Positions 19,166 to 29,304 of a stretch of DNA of 64,000 nt are shown here, in pieces. The stretch lies in sequence record MZ501109; one strand, given 5' to 3'. The notes under the pieces are model-generated. The model saw nothing but the letters and a program-made list of their open reading frames with translations, was not told where the DNA came from and did no database searches. This stretch comes from Escherichia phage TrudiRoth. Each line of letters begins with the position of its first letter. The stretch's first letter is position 1. The position numbers and the translations under genes are program-made.

Positions 19166-21040
19166 TTATTTAGCGCGAATGTCTTGATGTTTCACTCGAC
19201 CCATAACCTCATGTTGTTTACCTGGGTTAAACGGACGAGCACCTGGATTTCCAAGATATCCACAAACTCGACGAGTTACCTCAAGAGTCTCAGGATCATG
19301 GTTGCCACAAATAGGGCATTTGAAACCATCCTCAGAAGCTATAGTTTCACCCAAGAACCCACATTCCCCACAAGAGTCTACTGGAGTATTAATACCGAAG
19401 TAATGAACTTTACTTGCAGCATAGTTAATAACCCATTCCAGTGCATCAGGGAATCGTTTCATATCCGGTAATTCCACATAGGAAATGCACCCACCAGAAG
19501 CAATAGGAGTAAAGTTAGACTCATAATCAAACTTCACATTTGGAGCAACCTTACGTTCTACATCAAGGTGATGGGAATTAGTGTAATATCCTTTAGCCAG
19601 AATATCTTCATGCTCTGGGAAATACTCACGGTCTAGGCGACAGAAGCGATCACATAGAGATTCAGATGGTGTAGCATACAGACTATACCCTAATTGAGTC
19701 TCTTCCTTCTTCTGATCAGCACGATCACGCATGTATTGTAGCACACGTTGAACGAACTTGATACAAGACTCAGACATTGTATCTACATCTTTACCAAACA
19801 TGAGTTGCAACATTTCGTGGCAGCCAATATATCCTAGGGATACAGAAGCACGCTTGTAGAAATGATCAAACACATATTCATCTGGCCCCAGACGTAATCC
19901 AAAGGCTCCTGACGTATAGAGGATGGGCGCAGCTTTAGCTTGAATGTATTTTAAGCGATCAACCCTCCACTCCAATGCTTTTAACGCGGTATCCACACGC
20001 AGCTCAAGCAGATCGAAGAATAGATCAATATTTCCTTCCGCTTCGATAGCGATTCGAGGAAGGTTTACGGAAACAACGCCTAAGTTGTTACGACCAGAAG
20101 TTTCACCATCTTCCGCAGCAGCCAGGAATGAACGACAGCCCATAGAGACTTTGTAGTCCCCCGTAACTTCTACAACCTTATCATAACTGATGTAGTCAGG
20201 ATACATACGTTCAGCAGTACATTTCATAGCTAACTTCTTGATATCATAGTTAACATCACCAGGTTTCATGTTTACGCCCTCACGCAAAACAAATACCAGT
20301 TTAGGGAAGATAGCTGTACGTTTATTGATACCCAAACCATCCATACGTACTTCTAGTATTGCTTTCTGTACAAGACGTGCTTCCCAAGAAGTTCCTAGAC
20401 CAAAACCAAAGGTAATAAACGGACTTTGACCATTAGAGTTGAACATCGTATTGATTTCATACTCCAGGCCCTGACAGGCATCGTAAACTTCTTTCTCAGT
20501 CATTTCCGTAGCCATTACAGATGCTTTAGCTTCATCCTTAGTCCAACGCTTTGCAAACGCATGATTCTTATCATAAGACTTACGAACATAAGGAGCCAAT
20601 ACTTCATCTAATCGGTCTACAGAAGTACCCCCATATTGATGTGAACTAACCTGAGTGATAATCTGAGCTGTGATAGCAGCCGCAGTAGTAATAGAGTTTG
20701 GTGTACTGATTTCAGCATTACCAACCTTCATACCATTCTTCAACATATCTTCCAAAGCAACCAGGCAACAGTTAGTCATACCTAACGCAGCGTAATCAGC
20801 ATCATGGAAGTGAATATCACCAATCATGTGAGCATTTCGAATCTGGATTGGCATTTCTTCCAGAATCAGATATTTACTCAATTCCCCTGCAAGCATATCC
20901 CTTTGTGTAGGGAAACGTTCTGAGGGCTTATTGGCATTATTAAACAGCAGCTCTTCATCTGCTGAACCTTCGATAATTTCTTTGCAGTTTCGAATCAAGG
21001 ACTGCATTCCTTTATACTTTAGTTCTTCATTGCGATTCAT
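19166..21040 (-). CDS. nrdD: anaerobic ribonucleoside-triphosphate reductase (class III RNR)
   Basis: C-terminal glycyl-radical motif TRRVCGYLGNP and upstream Cys-rich CGECGF...CPICG; 624 aa. Confidence 0.9.
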   Translation of the reverse strand: MNRNEELKYKGMQSLIRNCKEIIEGSADEELLFNNANKPSERFPTQRDMLAGELSKYLILEEMPIQIRNAHMIGDIHFHDADYAALGMTNCCLVALEDMLKNGMKVGNAEISTPNSITTAAAITAQIITQVSSHQYGGTSVDRLDEVLAPYVRKSYDKNHAFAKRWTKDEAKASVMATEMTEKEVYDACQGLEYEINTMFNSNGQSPFITFGFGLGTSWEARLVQKAILEVRMDGLGINKRTAIFPKLVFVLREGVNMKPGDVNYDIKKLAMKCTAERMYPDYISYDKVVEVTGDYKVSMGCRSFLAAAEDGETSGRNNLGVVSVNLPRIAIEAEGNIDLFFDLLELRVDTALKALEWRVDRLKYIQAKAAPILYTSGAFGLRLGPDEYVFDHFYKRASVSLGYIGCHEMLQLMFGKDVDTMSESCIKFVQRVLQYMRDRADQKKEETQLGYSLYATPSESLCDRFCRLDREYFPEHEDILAKGYYTNSHHLDVERKVAPNVKFDYESNFTPIASGGCISYVELPDMKRFPDALEWVINYAASKVHYFGINTPVDSCGECGFLGETIASEDGFKCPICGNHDPETLEVTRRVCGYLGNPGARPFNPGKQHEVMGRVKHQDIRAK

Positions 21041-21149
21041 TATACCCTCCTTCTCTAACTAAGACTACTATTATAACTCATTCGAAGGCGGATGTCAACA
21101 ATATTTTACTATAAAGTTCTGTAACATGATCTGAGTCAAAAAATTTTAT

Positions 21150-21178
21150 TTGCCAACCTCTACTAAAAATAGTATAAT
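21150..21178 (+). promoter_or_regulatory. sigma70 promoter (TTGCCA-17-TATAAT)
   Basis: ttatTTGCCAacctctactaaaaatagTATAATcacgc. Confidence 0.5.
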
Positions 21179-21290
21179 CACGCATCCGTGTACGCGATAT
21201 AAAATGATTATCTAGTACCATACATCTCCCAATAAAAGCAAGCAAATTTTTTATTTAAATGCAATATCATAGGCTTATTTAAAATTGTAG

Positions 21291-21319
21291 TTGCTTTCTC
21301 CCGTATATATTGGTATAAT
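21291..21319 (+). promoter_or_regulatory. early-type sigma70 promoter (TTGCTT-17-TATAAT)
   Basis: tagTTGCTTtctcccgtatatattggTATAATatatttgtaag. Confidence 0.6.
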
Positions 21320-21392
21320 ATATTTGTAAGTTGATAAACAAGATCTTTTTGTTGATCCTCTGTTAGCGAAGTACACTATAGGAGTGTTATTT

Positions 21393-22145
21393 ATGGGAAA
21401 AGCACGTCAAAAAAGAGAGAACCGCAATGGTTCAAGAAAGCGTGGCAACAAGTATGAGAGTAACGTAATTCAAGCAGATTTCTCTGGTGATTACGCCAAT
21501 CCAGTTGCTAAATCCCTAGTTGGTAAAAACCGTGAGCAAAAATCATATATCAATATGATCAAGAACAACACAGTGACTGTGGGTATTGGTGAACCAGGTA
21601 CTGGTAAAACCTTTATTCCGTCCGTTCTTGCAGCTCAGGAACTCGTAGACATTCACTCAGATATTGAGCAAGTGATCCTCGTGCGTCCGAACGAACCTCT
21701 AGGTAAATCTCTTGGTATGCTCCCAGGTGATCTGGCAGAAAAGCTAGAGCCTTGGTTGGAACCAATAACCGATGGTATGAAATGGGCAATCGGTGATCAC
21801 GCCTACAAAGGATATGTCGAACGTCAGAAAATTAAATTCCTGGCTATCGAACATGCCCGTGGCCGAACTTTCAACAACTCCTATGTAATTGTCGATGAAG
21901 CTCAGAATATCTCCGTTGAAGCAATGATCTGTCTCCTGACTCGTGTAGGACAAGATTGTCGTTTAATTATCTGTGGGGATATAGCTCAGAAAGACATCAA
22001 GGGTGATTCAGGTCTAGCACTTCTTATGGAAGTCTATGAGAAGTACGAAAACTCTCCTTTCTCTATGATCGAACTGATCGACAACGTTCGCTCACCAGAG
22101 TCTAAAGCATTCTACGATATCTTTAAGGATATGGGGAAGGTGTAA
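21393..22145 (+). CDS. phoH: PhoH-like ATPase
   Basis: Walker A GEPGTGKTF and Walker B-like VIVDEAQN; start moved from GTG 21384 to ATG 21393 with RBS taggag. Confidence 0.8.
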   Translation: MGKARQKRENRNGSRKRGNKYESNVIQADFSGDYANPVAKSLVGKNREQKSYINMIKNNTVTVGIGEPGTGKTFIPSVLAAQELVDIHSDIEQVILVRPNEPLGKSLGMLPGDLAEKLEPWLEPITDGMKWAIGDHAYKGYVERQKIKFLAIEHARGRTFNNSYVIVDEAQNISVEAMICLLTRVGQDCRLIICGDIAQKDIKGDSGLALLMEVYEKYENSPFSMIELIDNVRSPESKAFYDIFKDMGKV

Positions 22146-22146
22146 T

Positions 22147-22389
22147 ATGGGAAACGTCGTACATCTGCACCGCAAAACTAAGATCCACCGTACTTCACTG
22201 AGCGCTGCTAATATGATTACACGTAAGGAAGGGGAAGAAAGTCCTAAGACTACCCTAGCGTGGAAAATTGTAGCCTCTAATCCAAATCGGCCTTTCAACT
22301 ATAATGAACTGAGTACTTCTATAGACATTCTTATGGCTAAGGAAATACAACAGAAACTAACTGATATGACCGATAAACTTAAATGGTAA
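22147..22389 (+). CDS. hypothetical protein (80 aa)
   Basis: ORF track; terminator follows. Confidence 0.5.
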   Translation: MGNVVHLHRKTKIHRTSLSAANMITRKEGEESPKTTLAWKIVASNPNRPFNYNELSTSIDILMAKEIQQKLTDMTDKLKW

Positions 22390-22396
22390 GACAGAC

Positions 22397-22429
22397 GAGC
22401 CTGGGTATGAAAATATCCGGGCTCTTTTT
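22397..22429 (+). terminator. Rho-independent terminator
   Basis: 8-bp stem gagcctgg/ccgggctc followed by ttttta. Confidence 0.55.
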
Positions 22430-22445
22430 ATCTGTAAAATTGTAC

Positions 22446-22474
22446 TTGCAAAATGACCCAAAACAAAGTAGAAT
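22446..22474 (+). promoter_or_regulatory. sigma70 promoter (TTGCAA-17-TAGAAT) for nrdA
   Basis: tacTTGCAAaatgacccaaaacaaagTAGAATatttcc. Confidence 0.5.
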
Positions 22475-22512
22475 ATTTCCTAAATCCTGATAACTACAAA
22501 AAGGAAAGCCAA

Positions 22513-24846
22513 ATGAGCCATCGTATCGAAAAAGTAATTAAACGTGACGGTACTGTTCAGGACTTTGCTCCTGAAAAACTCAATGATTGGGCTGCATGGG
22601 CATGTAAAGATACTGACGTAAGTTGGTCTGCCGTAGTTATGGCTGCCCTGAAAAATCTACCCAAAGGTGTTGTAGACTCCGATACACTCCAAGATGTGTT
22701 AATTAAAGCCGCTGAAGGTCTTATCAAAGACAACCCAGCATATGATACTGTAGCAAAGGAATTACGTCTTGCGCAGATGCGTAAACGCCTATATGATTCT
22801 TTTGAACCTCCTTCTCTGCGTTTCTTCCACGATCATATGGTTCGTGTCGGCGCTTGGGAAGACATGAGTGCATGGATTAGCGATGATCAGTTTGAAGCTC
22901 TGAACCAAGTTATTGATCATGATCGTGATCGTTTATTCACCAGTGGTGGACTGAAACAGTTCTTCGACAAGTATTCCCGTCGTAATATTGCAACTGGTGA
23001 AATTTATGAAACCCCGCAGTTTGCCTACATGGGTATGGCAATGGCGATGTTATCTCAACCTAACTGGACAATTCTCGATGCAATCGACCTCTACAACGCA
23101 ATGTCACTCCATAAAATCAACGTGCCGACTCCACCTCTCGTGGGTCTTAGGAGCAGCGACCGCGGTTTTGCTTCTTGTTGTCTTGTTGATAGTACTGATA
23201 CCCTCGATTCAATCGACACAGCCGAGCACATCGTCTTCAAAATGGTCGCAGCCAGAGCGGGAATCGGGTATCATCTTGAAAGCCGATCAATTGCTGATCC
23301 GGTGCGAAATGGGGCATTCCCGCATTCCGGAAAACTGCCATATTATCGACACATTGACCGATCAGTAAAAGCTAACACTCAGCAAACCCGTGGTGGTTCT
23401 GCTACTGTGTCTTACCCATACTTCGATCCTGAAATCATTCAGTTGATGCAGGTTAAGCAGCAACGTGCTACAGACGAGAATAAAATCGATAAGATGGATT
23501 ACTCTCTGAGCTTTAACAACCTTCTGTTAAAACGTTACCTGAAAAATGAAGATATTACGCTAATGTCCTACTTCTACGCACCAGAAGTTCATGAAGCGTT
23601 TTATGGCGAAGATGAGGCTAAGTTTGAAGAAATCTACGTGGCAGCGGAGAAACGTGTGGCATCTCTTACAAAGATCGACCACGAAGGAAAAACAATTCCA
23701 GCAGCTCCTAGAATCTCTGCAAAAGAAATCCTAGATACTTGGTTACGTATCCGTATGGAAACAGGGCGTATGTATGCTCATCACATTGGTGAATCTAACC
23801 GTCATGGTAACTTCCTTGACCCGATTCGTATGACCAACCTTTGTGTTGAAATTACTCAGCCAACCCGTCCATTCCATCACATTACGGAGCTGTATAAGAC
23901 CCAAGATCAGTTAGACGATATGCGTCCAGAGGACATTGGTGAAGTATCTCTGTGTAACTTAGGTGGTGTTGTACTAGGTCGCATGGAATCTCTGGCTGAA
24001 TGGGAGAAAACTTGCTACATCCTTCTGAAATTCGTTGATACAATCATCGAGATTCAGGATTATCCATTCCCAACCATGGAATACACGGCTAAGAAACGTC
24101 GTAACGTTGGTATTGGTCTGATGAACGCAGCAGGTGCAATGGCAGCAGAAGGTTTGGCTTACGAAGGTGTTGAAGCACGTAACTGGATTCACCGTGAAGC
24201 TGAAAAGCTGTCCTACTTCCTGCACAAAGCCTCTGTACGTCTGGCCAAAGAACAGGGTGCATGTGACTGGTTTAATCGTACTAAGCCTTCACAAGGAACT
24301 CTGGTAATCGACACGTATAAGAAAACTGTTGATGAACTGGTAACTGTAGGTCTAGAAATGGATTGGGAATCTCTACGTGCAGATATCCTGAAATATGGTA
24401 TGCGTAACTCCGTTCTGACTGCTCAGATGCCGGGTGAAAGTTCCTCTGTACTGCTAGGTGTTACTAACTCTATTGAACCGCCTCGTAAGATTGTATCTAT
24501 CAAGGGTAGTGCAGTGAATAAAGTAATTGCAATTGCTCCAGGTGCAACTGATTGGGATACATTAATGAGCTATAAACTGGCTTATGATGTAGATCGTATC
24601 GAGTGGATCAAATGGGTAGCAACCATGCAGAAATTCTTCAGTCAGTCTATAAGTACGAATATGTACTATGACTACACCAAGTTTGAGAATGAAATTATTC
24701 CTGGCCCAGTAGTAGTTCGTGACTTCATGACTGCTGTTAAGTACGGTTGGAAAACTTTCTACTATGCAAACTTTAACACCGAGAATGGTGGTGGTGCAGG
24801 GGAAGAAACTGCTGCTGGATGCGCATCAGGTGGTTGTAACCTGTAA
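22513..24846 (+). CDS. nrdA: ribonucleoside-diphosphate reductase large subunit (class Ia)
   Basis: ATP-cone start MSHRIEKVIKRDGTVQDF; catalytic-region motifs NLCVEI and QMPGESSS; start placed at ATG 22513 after RBS aaaaaggaaag. Confidence 0.85.
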   Translation: MSHRIEKVIKRDGTVQDFAPEKLNDWAAWACKDTDVSWSAVVMAALKNLPKGVVDSDTLQDVLIKAAEGLIKDNPAYDTVAKELRLAQMRKRLYDSFEPPSLRFFHDHMVRVGAWEDMSAWISDDQFEALNQVIDHDRDRLFTSGGLKQFFDKYSRRNIATGEIYETPQFAYMGMAMAMLSQPNWTILDAIDLYNAMSLHKINVPTPPLVGLRSSDRGFASCCLVDSTDTLDSIDTAEHIVFKMVAARAGIGYHLESRSIADPVRNGAFPHSGKLPYYRHIDRSVKANTQQTRGGSATVSYPYFDPEIIQLMQVKQQRATDENKIDKMDYSLSFNNLLLKRYLKNEDITLMSYFYAPEVHEAFYGEDEAKFEEIYVAAEKRVASLTKIDHEGKTIPAAPRISAKEILDTWLRIRMETGRMYAHHIGESNRHGNFLDPIRMTNLCVEITQPTRPFHHITELYKTQDQLDDMRPEDIGEVSLCNLGGVVLGRMESLAEWEKTCYILLKFVDTIIEIQDYPFPTMEYTAKKRRNVGIGLMNAAGAMAAEGLAYEGVEARNWIHREAEKLSYFLHKASVRLAKEQGACDWFNRTKPSQGTLVIDTYKKTVDELVTVGLEMDWESLRADILKYGMRNSVLTAQMPGESSSVLLGVTNSIEPPRKIVSIKGSAVNKVIAIAPGATDWDTLMSYKLAYDVDRIEWIKWVATMQKFFSQSISTNMYYDYTKFENEIIPGPVVVRDFMTAVKYGWKTFYYANFNTENGGGAGEETAAGCASGGCNL

Positions 24847-24855
24847 TAAAAACAA

Positions 24856-24881
24856 GGAGATCTTCGGGTCTCCTTTTTCTT
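24856..24881 (+). terminator. Rho-independent terminator after nrdA
   Basis: Stem ggagatc/ggtctcc with ttcg loop, then tttttcttt. Confidence 0.6.
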
Positions 24882-24892
24882 TGAAATTTTAC

Positions 24893-24921
24893 TTGCTAAT
24901 CGCTACCAGATTTGCTATAAT
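24893..24921 (+). promoter_or_regulatory. early-type sigma70 promoter (TTGCTA-17-TATAAT)
   Basis: tttacTTGCTAatcgctaccagatttgcTATAATatctcc. Confidence 0.6.
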
Positions 24922-24947
24922 ATCTCCATTAGTTAAGGAGATTAGTT

Positions 24948-25463
24948 TTGATAACACAAGATGAATTAAAAAGGATTCTGGAGTATAATCCAGATGAAGG
25001 AACATTTACTTGGTTAAATAACCAAGAAGTACACAATAAAGTAAGAGGACTACCTGCTGGTTGTTTAAAACCCCACTCAGTAGATCCTAACCGAAAAGAC
25101 TTAGTAATACAAATCAATGGTAAGAAATATCCTGCACAAAATATTGCTTTCCTGTACATGACAGGAAACTTACCTAAAGTTATGGTTGATCATATAGATG
25201 GAGATTCACTAAACTATAAGTGGACTAATCTAAGAGAAGCAGACTGGCAGTTAAATAGTCAAAATAGAAAAACCAGTAAAAACAATATATTGGGTACTAA
25301 GAATATTCGGAAGAAAGGGTCTGGATTTCAAGTTAGAAAATCCATTAACGGAAAAGAATACGTGAAAACTCTTCCAACTCTCGAAGAGGCGATAGAGTAT
25401 CGAGATTCTTTAATCCTCTCTATAACCAAAGACCCAACACTACTTAGAAACACAGATAAATAG
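24948..25463 (+). CDS. HNH homing endonuclease with AP2-type DNA-binding domain (TTG start), inserted between nrdA and nrdB
   Basis: HNH segment HNKVRGL...VDHIDGDSLNYKWTNLR; AP2-like GTKNIRKKGSGFQVRKSINGKEY; three paralogs elsewhere in window. Confidence 0.7.
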   Translation: MITQDELKRILEYNPDEGTFTWLNNQEVHNKVRGLPAGCLKPHSVDPNRKDLVIQINGKKYPAQNIAFLYMTGNLPKVMVDHIDGDSLNYKWTNLREADWQLNSQNRKTSKNNILGTKNIRKKGSGFQVRKSINGKEYVKTLPTLEEAIEYRDSLILSITKDPTLLRNTDK

Positions 25464-25471
25464 GAGAACTA

Positions 25472-26617
25472 ATGACAACTTTACTTAACTTAAACTGGGA
25501 TCATACCAATAAAGATCTATTTCTCGGTGATTCTCTTGGTATTGCAGATTATGTACGAGTAGCTCATCCAGAGCTAGAAAGGCTGGCGTTATTAGCTCGC
25601 TCTCAATTCTGGACTGAAACTGAAATCAGTCTGGAAGCTGATAAGAAACAATGGCCAAACCTTCCGCGTGATATTCAGGAAATTACTCTCCTGAACTTAG
25701 CATGGCAGACCCAAACAGATTCTTTCATTAGCCGTGCTCCTGAAGCAGCTATTATGCCGCTTGTAAGCCGTCCTGAATTGGAGGGTATGCTCAAGCAGTG
25801 GAGCTACTTCGAAGATCTGCATAGCCGTGCATATAGTAACATTATTCGTAACGTTCTGACTGATCCAGCAGAATTTATTGATTCTGTAACTAAAAACCAA
25901 GAAGCATTTGCACGTATCGCAGATTCTGTTGAACTGTTTGATGAATTGTATCTGTTAGGTCAGTATTTCCTTGCAGTACGTGATCATCGTGGTGATAATA
26001 CTTATCCAGAAACTGAGTTCCCTGAAGTTAAACGTGAAACTCAGGCTAAGCTGTTAGATGCTTACTTTGCAATCTACGGTCTGGAAGCAATGCAGTTCTA
26101 CGCATCCTTTGCATGTACCTTTGCTCTAGCAGAGAACGATATTCTGCAAGGTATTGCCAAGAACCTGCAACTAATCGCTAAAGATGAAGCTCTACATACT
26201 CAAATGTCTAAAGCTATCATCCAGATTATGTTCCAGCAGTTTGATAAAGATCTGGTAGACGAAGCATTAGCTAAAGCACCAGCACAACTCCTAAAAACTC
26301 TGAAAACTGAGATTGAATGGGGCCACTTTATCTTTAAAGGCCGCAGTCTGATTGGTTTGAACGCAGAATTGCTTGAAGAATACCTTTACTTTGTAGGACG
26401 TAACGCATTTATGCACATTGGTGTAGAATGGCCAAGCCACTTACCTGTAATTACTAAGAACCCTATTCCGTGGATTATGAACTGGCTGGATACTACTTCC
26501 TTACAGCCTGCCCCACAAGAAATCCAGATTGGTGCAGCATATCGTGTGGGTCAGGTAACTGAAACTTCTGCTGATACCCTGAAAGATCTGGGTAACGAAT
26601 TTGAGGGCATGTTCTAA
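25472..26617 (+). CDS. nrdB: ribonucleoside-diphosphate reductase small subunit
   Basis: 381 aa immediately downstream of nrdA; acidic/His residues spaced as in di-iron R2 proteins. Confidence 0.8.
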   Translation: MTTLLNLNWDHTNKDLFLGDSLGIADYVRVAHPELERLALLARSQFWTETEISLEADKKQWPNLPRDIQEITLLNLAWQTQTDSFISRAPEAAIMPLVSRPELEGMLKQWSYFEDLHSRAYSNIIRNVLTDPAEFIDSVTKNQEAFARIADSVELFDELYLLGQYFLAVRDHRGDNTYPETEFPEVKRETQAKLLDAYFAIYGLEAMQFYASFACTFALAENDILQGIAKNLQLIAKDEALHTQMSKAIIQIMFQQFDKDLVDEALAKAPAQLLKTLKTEIEWGHFIFKGRSLIGLNAELLEEYLYFVGRNAFMHIGVEWPSHLPVITKNPIPWIMNWLDTTSLQPAPQEIQIGAAYRVGQVTETSADTLKDLGNEFEGMF

Positions 26618-27147
26618 TGATAGCAGCAATCTATGCAACTGGGCCGAATGGGGAGTTCGGCCTCAATGGTAAGCTCCCCTGGGGTTCTTTCAAAGAAGAA
26701 CTAGATATCTTCTATACTACTTTGGATTCTCTAGCACCTGATAATATTATTGTAGGTGCAGGAACTTGGTTAGCCTTCCCTGAGACTCTGCAAAAAAGAA
26801 TACTAGGAGATTCTGACCTATTTATTTATGCAAATAGATCACTACCTAACTCTGTAGGATCAGCTACACGCATAAGCAACATTGGATACCGTCTGCCTGA
26901 TTTTCTCAAGGAAGAGGTAACTGTAGTATTAGGGGGAGCAACTCTGCTTCTTGAAATGTATGTCAAAAATCATCTAGATATGGCGTATATCTCTACTATT
27001 ACTTCAGCCACACCATTATCTGCTGATGTACATCTGCATCATCATATTACTTTAACTAATTCAATGGCAACTAGAATGGACTATGTGGCAGGACAGAATG
27101 CAGATAAAACGCTTTCATTCTTACAAGAATTGGTGATATTTAAATGA
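26617..27147 (+). CDS. frd: dihydrofolate reductase
   Basis: N-terminal [21 protein letters not shown] and VVLGGATLL resemble DHFR; position between nrdB and thymidylate synthase. Confidence 0.65.
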   Translation: MIAAIYATGPNGEFGLNGKLPWGSFKEELDIFYTTLDSLAPDNIIVGAGTWLAFPETLQKRILGDSDLFIYANRSLPNSVGSATRISNIGYRLPDFLKEEVTVVLGGATLLLEMYVKNHLDMAYISTITSATPLSADVHLHHHITLTNSMATRMDYVAGQNADKTLSFLQELVIFK

Positions 27148-27998
27148 AGCAATATATTGAAACTGGAAAACGTATTCTTGAAGAGGGTGTATGGGTAACG
27201 AATCCTAGAACAGGGGTTCGTTGCCTAACCATTATTGATGCAGACTTTACCTTTAACGTAGGAGCAGGAGAACTGCCGCTAGTAACTACTCGTAAAGCAT
27301 TTGCTAAACAAGCAATAATGGAAATGATCGGATATCTCCGTGGGTACGACTCAGCAGCACAATTCCGCGCTATTGGTGTTAATACATGGAATGCTAATGC
27401 AAATGAAAATATTGCCTGGCTAGGTAATCCATTCCGTAAAGGCGAGGATGATATGGGACGAGTCTATGGTGTTCAAGGACGTCATTGGACTAATTCTGAT
27501 GGTATGGTATTTGATCAGTTAGCCAAAGTCTATCATAATTTGAAAAGAGGGATTGACGATCGTGGAGAAATTTTAACTTTTTGGAACCCTGGGGAATTTC
27601 GTAAAGGATGCCTACGTCCGTGTATGCATACCCATCAATTCTCTATTTTAGGTGATACACTATACCTAAACTCTTTCCAGAGGTCTAATGATTTCTTGCT
27701 GGGCCAAGTATTTAATATGGTGCAATGCTATGCACTTCTAGCTATTATGGCACAGATTACAGGTCTTAAGCCAGGTATTGCTCGTCAAAAGATTATTAAT
27801 CTTCATATCTATGAAGATCAGTATAATGTTCTGATGGAGCACAAGCAATTCGATCGTGAACCTTTTGCACCTCCTACTTTAGAAATCAATCCAAATATTA
27901 GAACTTTGGATGATGTATTAACGTGGGTAAGTAAGGATGATTTTACTGTTCGTGGCTATGAACACCATCCTGCTATTGCATATCCATTTACGGTGTAA
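27144..27998 (+). CDS. thyA: thymidylate synthase
   Basis: Catalytic-cysteine region [12 protein letters not shown] and LGQVFNMVQ. Confidence 0.8.
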   Translation: MKQYIETGKRILEEGVWVTNPRTGVRCLTIIDADFTFNVGAGELPLVTTRKAFAKQAIMEMIGYLRGYDSAAQFRAIGVNTWNANANENIAWLGNPFRKGEDDMGRVYGVQGRHWTNSDGMVFDQLAKVYHNLKRGIDDRGEILTFWNPGEFRKGCLRPCMHTHQFSILGDTLYLNSFQRSNDFLLGQVFNMVQCYALLAIMAQITGLKPGIARQKIINLHIYEDQYNVLMEHKQFDREPFAPPTLEINPNIRTLDDVLTWVSKDDFTVRGYEHHPAIAYPFTV

Positions 27999-28046
27999 CA
28001 TATATTAATTATACTATTATTTGTCATATTCTTTCTAAAACATTTT

Positions 28047-28355
28047 ATGGCCGATTATCCACTCCAAACACCATATATGCTAAAAAAGACGCATAAAATA
28101 GGGTGGAAACTTCCATTATTAACCCATTCGCTAGTACATGCTGGATTAACATTTGCAATTCTAATCCTATTCACATCACCAGGAATGTCTATAGCTTTAG
28201 CTATTATGGAATTAATTCTACACTTTATTATAGATTATTGGAAAGCACAACGCTGTAAATACGCTATAAGCGATGCTAAGTTTTGGATAGCTTTAGGATT
28301 TGATCAGTTACTGCATTATCTGACATACGCCCTAATAATCTTGATTATAATCTAA
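28047..28355 (+). CDS. small membrane protein (102 aa)
   Basis: Three hydrophobic segments. Confidence 0.5.
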   Translation: MADYPLQTPYMLKKTHKIGWKLPLLTHSLVHAGLTFAILILFTSPGMSIALAIMELILHFIIDYWKAQRCKYAISDAKFWIALGFDQLLHYLTYALIILIII

Positions 28356-28360
28356 TTCAA

Positions 28361-28384
28361 ATAGCCCTTCGGGGCTATTATATT
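28361..28384 (+). terminator. Rho-independent terminator
   Basis: 7-bp stem atagccc/gggctat with ttcg loop, then T-rich run. Confidence 0.6.
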
Positions 28385-28394
28385 TAAATTTCAT

Positions 28395-28423
28395 TTGCTT
28401 ACTGAGTGAAATTCAAATATAAT
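28395..28423 (+). promoter_or_regulatory. early-type sigma70 promoter (TTGCTT-17-TATAAT)
   Basis: tcatTTGCTTactgagtgaaattcaaaTATAATatac. Confidence 0.55.
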
Positions 28424-28453
28424 ATACTTCTAATTTGACAGAAGGATTTAATA

Positions 28454-29032
28454 ATGACAGCCATAGTAGCATTTAAATATAAAGATAAAGTATACTTAGC
28501 CGGTGATCGTATGGGTTCTAATGGCTATACGAAACTGCTGGTTAAAAATCCGAAAGTATTCAAAATCTCTGATGATTTGTGCTTCGGATACACTAGTTCC
28601 TTCTACATGGGACAATTACTAGAGCATAGCTTTACTGTACCACCACGTTTAGCAGATATTTCTGATGATAAATATTTATATACGGAAATAGTACCTAAAT
28701 TACGTGATATGTTTAACCAGAAAGATTTTGGCGAAAAGAAAAATGAAAAATATGCTGAACCTAATCTGGGACAATTTATTATGCTCTACAAAGGAAGAAT
28801 CTTTATTTTCCAATCTAATGCTTCTATTCTAGAAGTTGAATATGCCGGTGTAGGCTGTGGAGGAGAAGATGTACTTTCCAGTATTCGTACAGGTTTAGCT
28901 ATTGCGGATTGTCGAGCCACAGATTTAGATGTAGATGATATATTTGAAATCATTGATCTGGCTTTTACGCATTGTGCAGATTATATGTGTGGTGTATCTT
29001 CTCAACATGATATTTTAGTAATTGGAGAATAA
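28454..29032 (+). CDS. putative Ntn-hydrolase / HslV-like peptidase fold protein (192 aa)
   Basis: N-terminus MTAIVAFKYKDKVYLAGD resembles HslV TTIVSVRR...VIAGD with Thr at position 2; GVGCGG near C-terminus; inference only. Confidence 0.4.
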   Translation: MTAIVAFKYKDKVYLAGDRMGSNGYTKLLVKNPKVFKISDDLCFGYTSSFYMGQLLEHSFTVPPRLADISDDKYLYTEIVPKLRDMFNQKDFGEKKNEKYAEPNLGQFIMLYKGRIFIFQSNASILEVEYAGVGCGGEDVLSSIRTGLAIADCRATDLDVDDIFEIIDLAFTHCADYMCGVSSQHDILVIGE

Positions 29033-29034
29033 AT

Positions 29035-29304
29035 ATGTCTATTCTTTTATCTGCTTTAGAAGCAAAACAAAATACTATTGCTAGCATTAAAAAGGAAGTA
29101 ATTGACCTAGAATCACTTATTGCCGTAGAGATTGACAAAGCTATTAAAGATAAAGAATTTAATTGTCACATCCAGGGATTAACTGAATACTCAGAAAACG
29201 CTAGAAATAGCGTCATGCAAAAACTTAGCAAACTAGGTTATGTTGTAGAAGCTAAGTATGAACAGCGTGAAGGTTTTTGGCTTGAAATTGATTGGAGCAA
29301 ATAA
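29035..29304 (+). CDS. hypothetical protein (89 aa)
   Basis: ORF track. Confidence 0.5.
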   Translation: MSILLSALEAKQNTIASIKKEVIDLESLIAVEIDKAIKDKEFNCHIQGLTEYSENARNSVMQKLSKLGYVVEAKYEQREGFWLEIDWSK

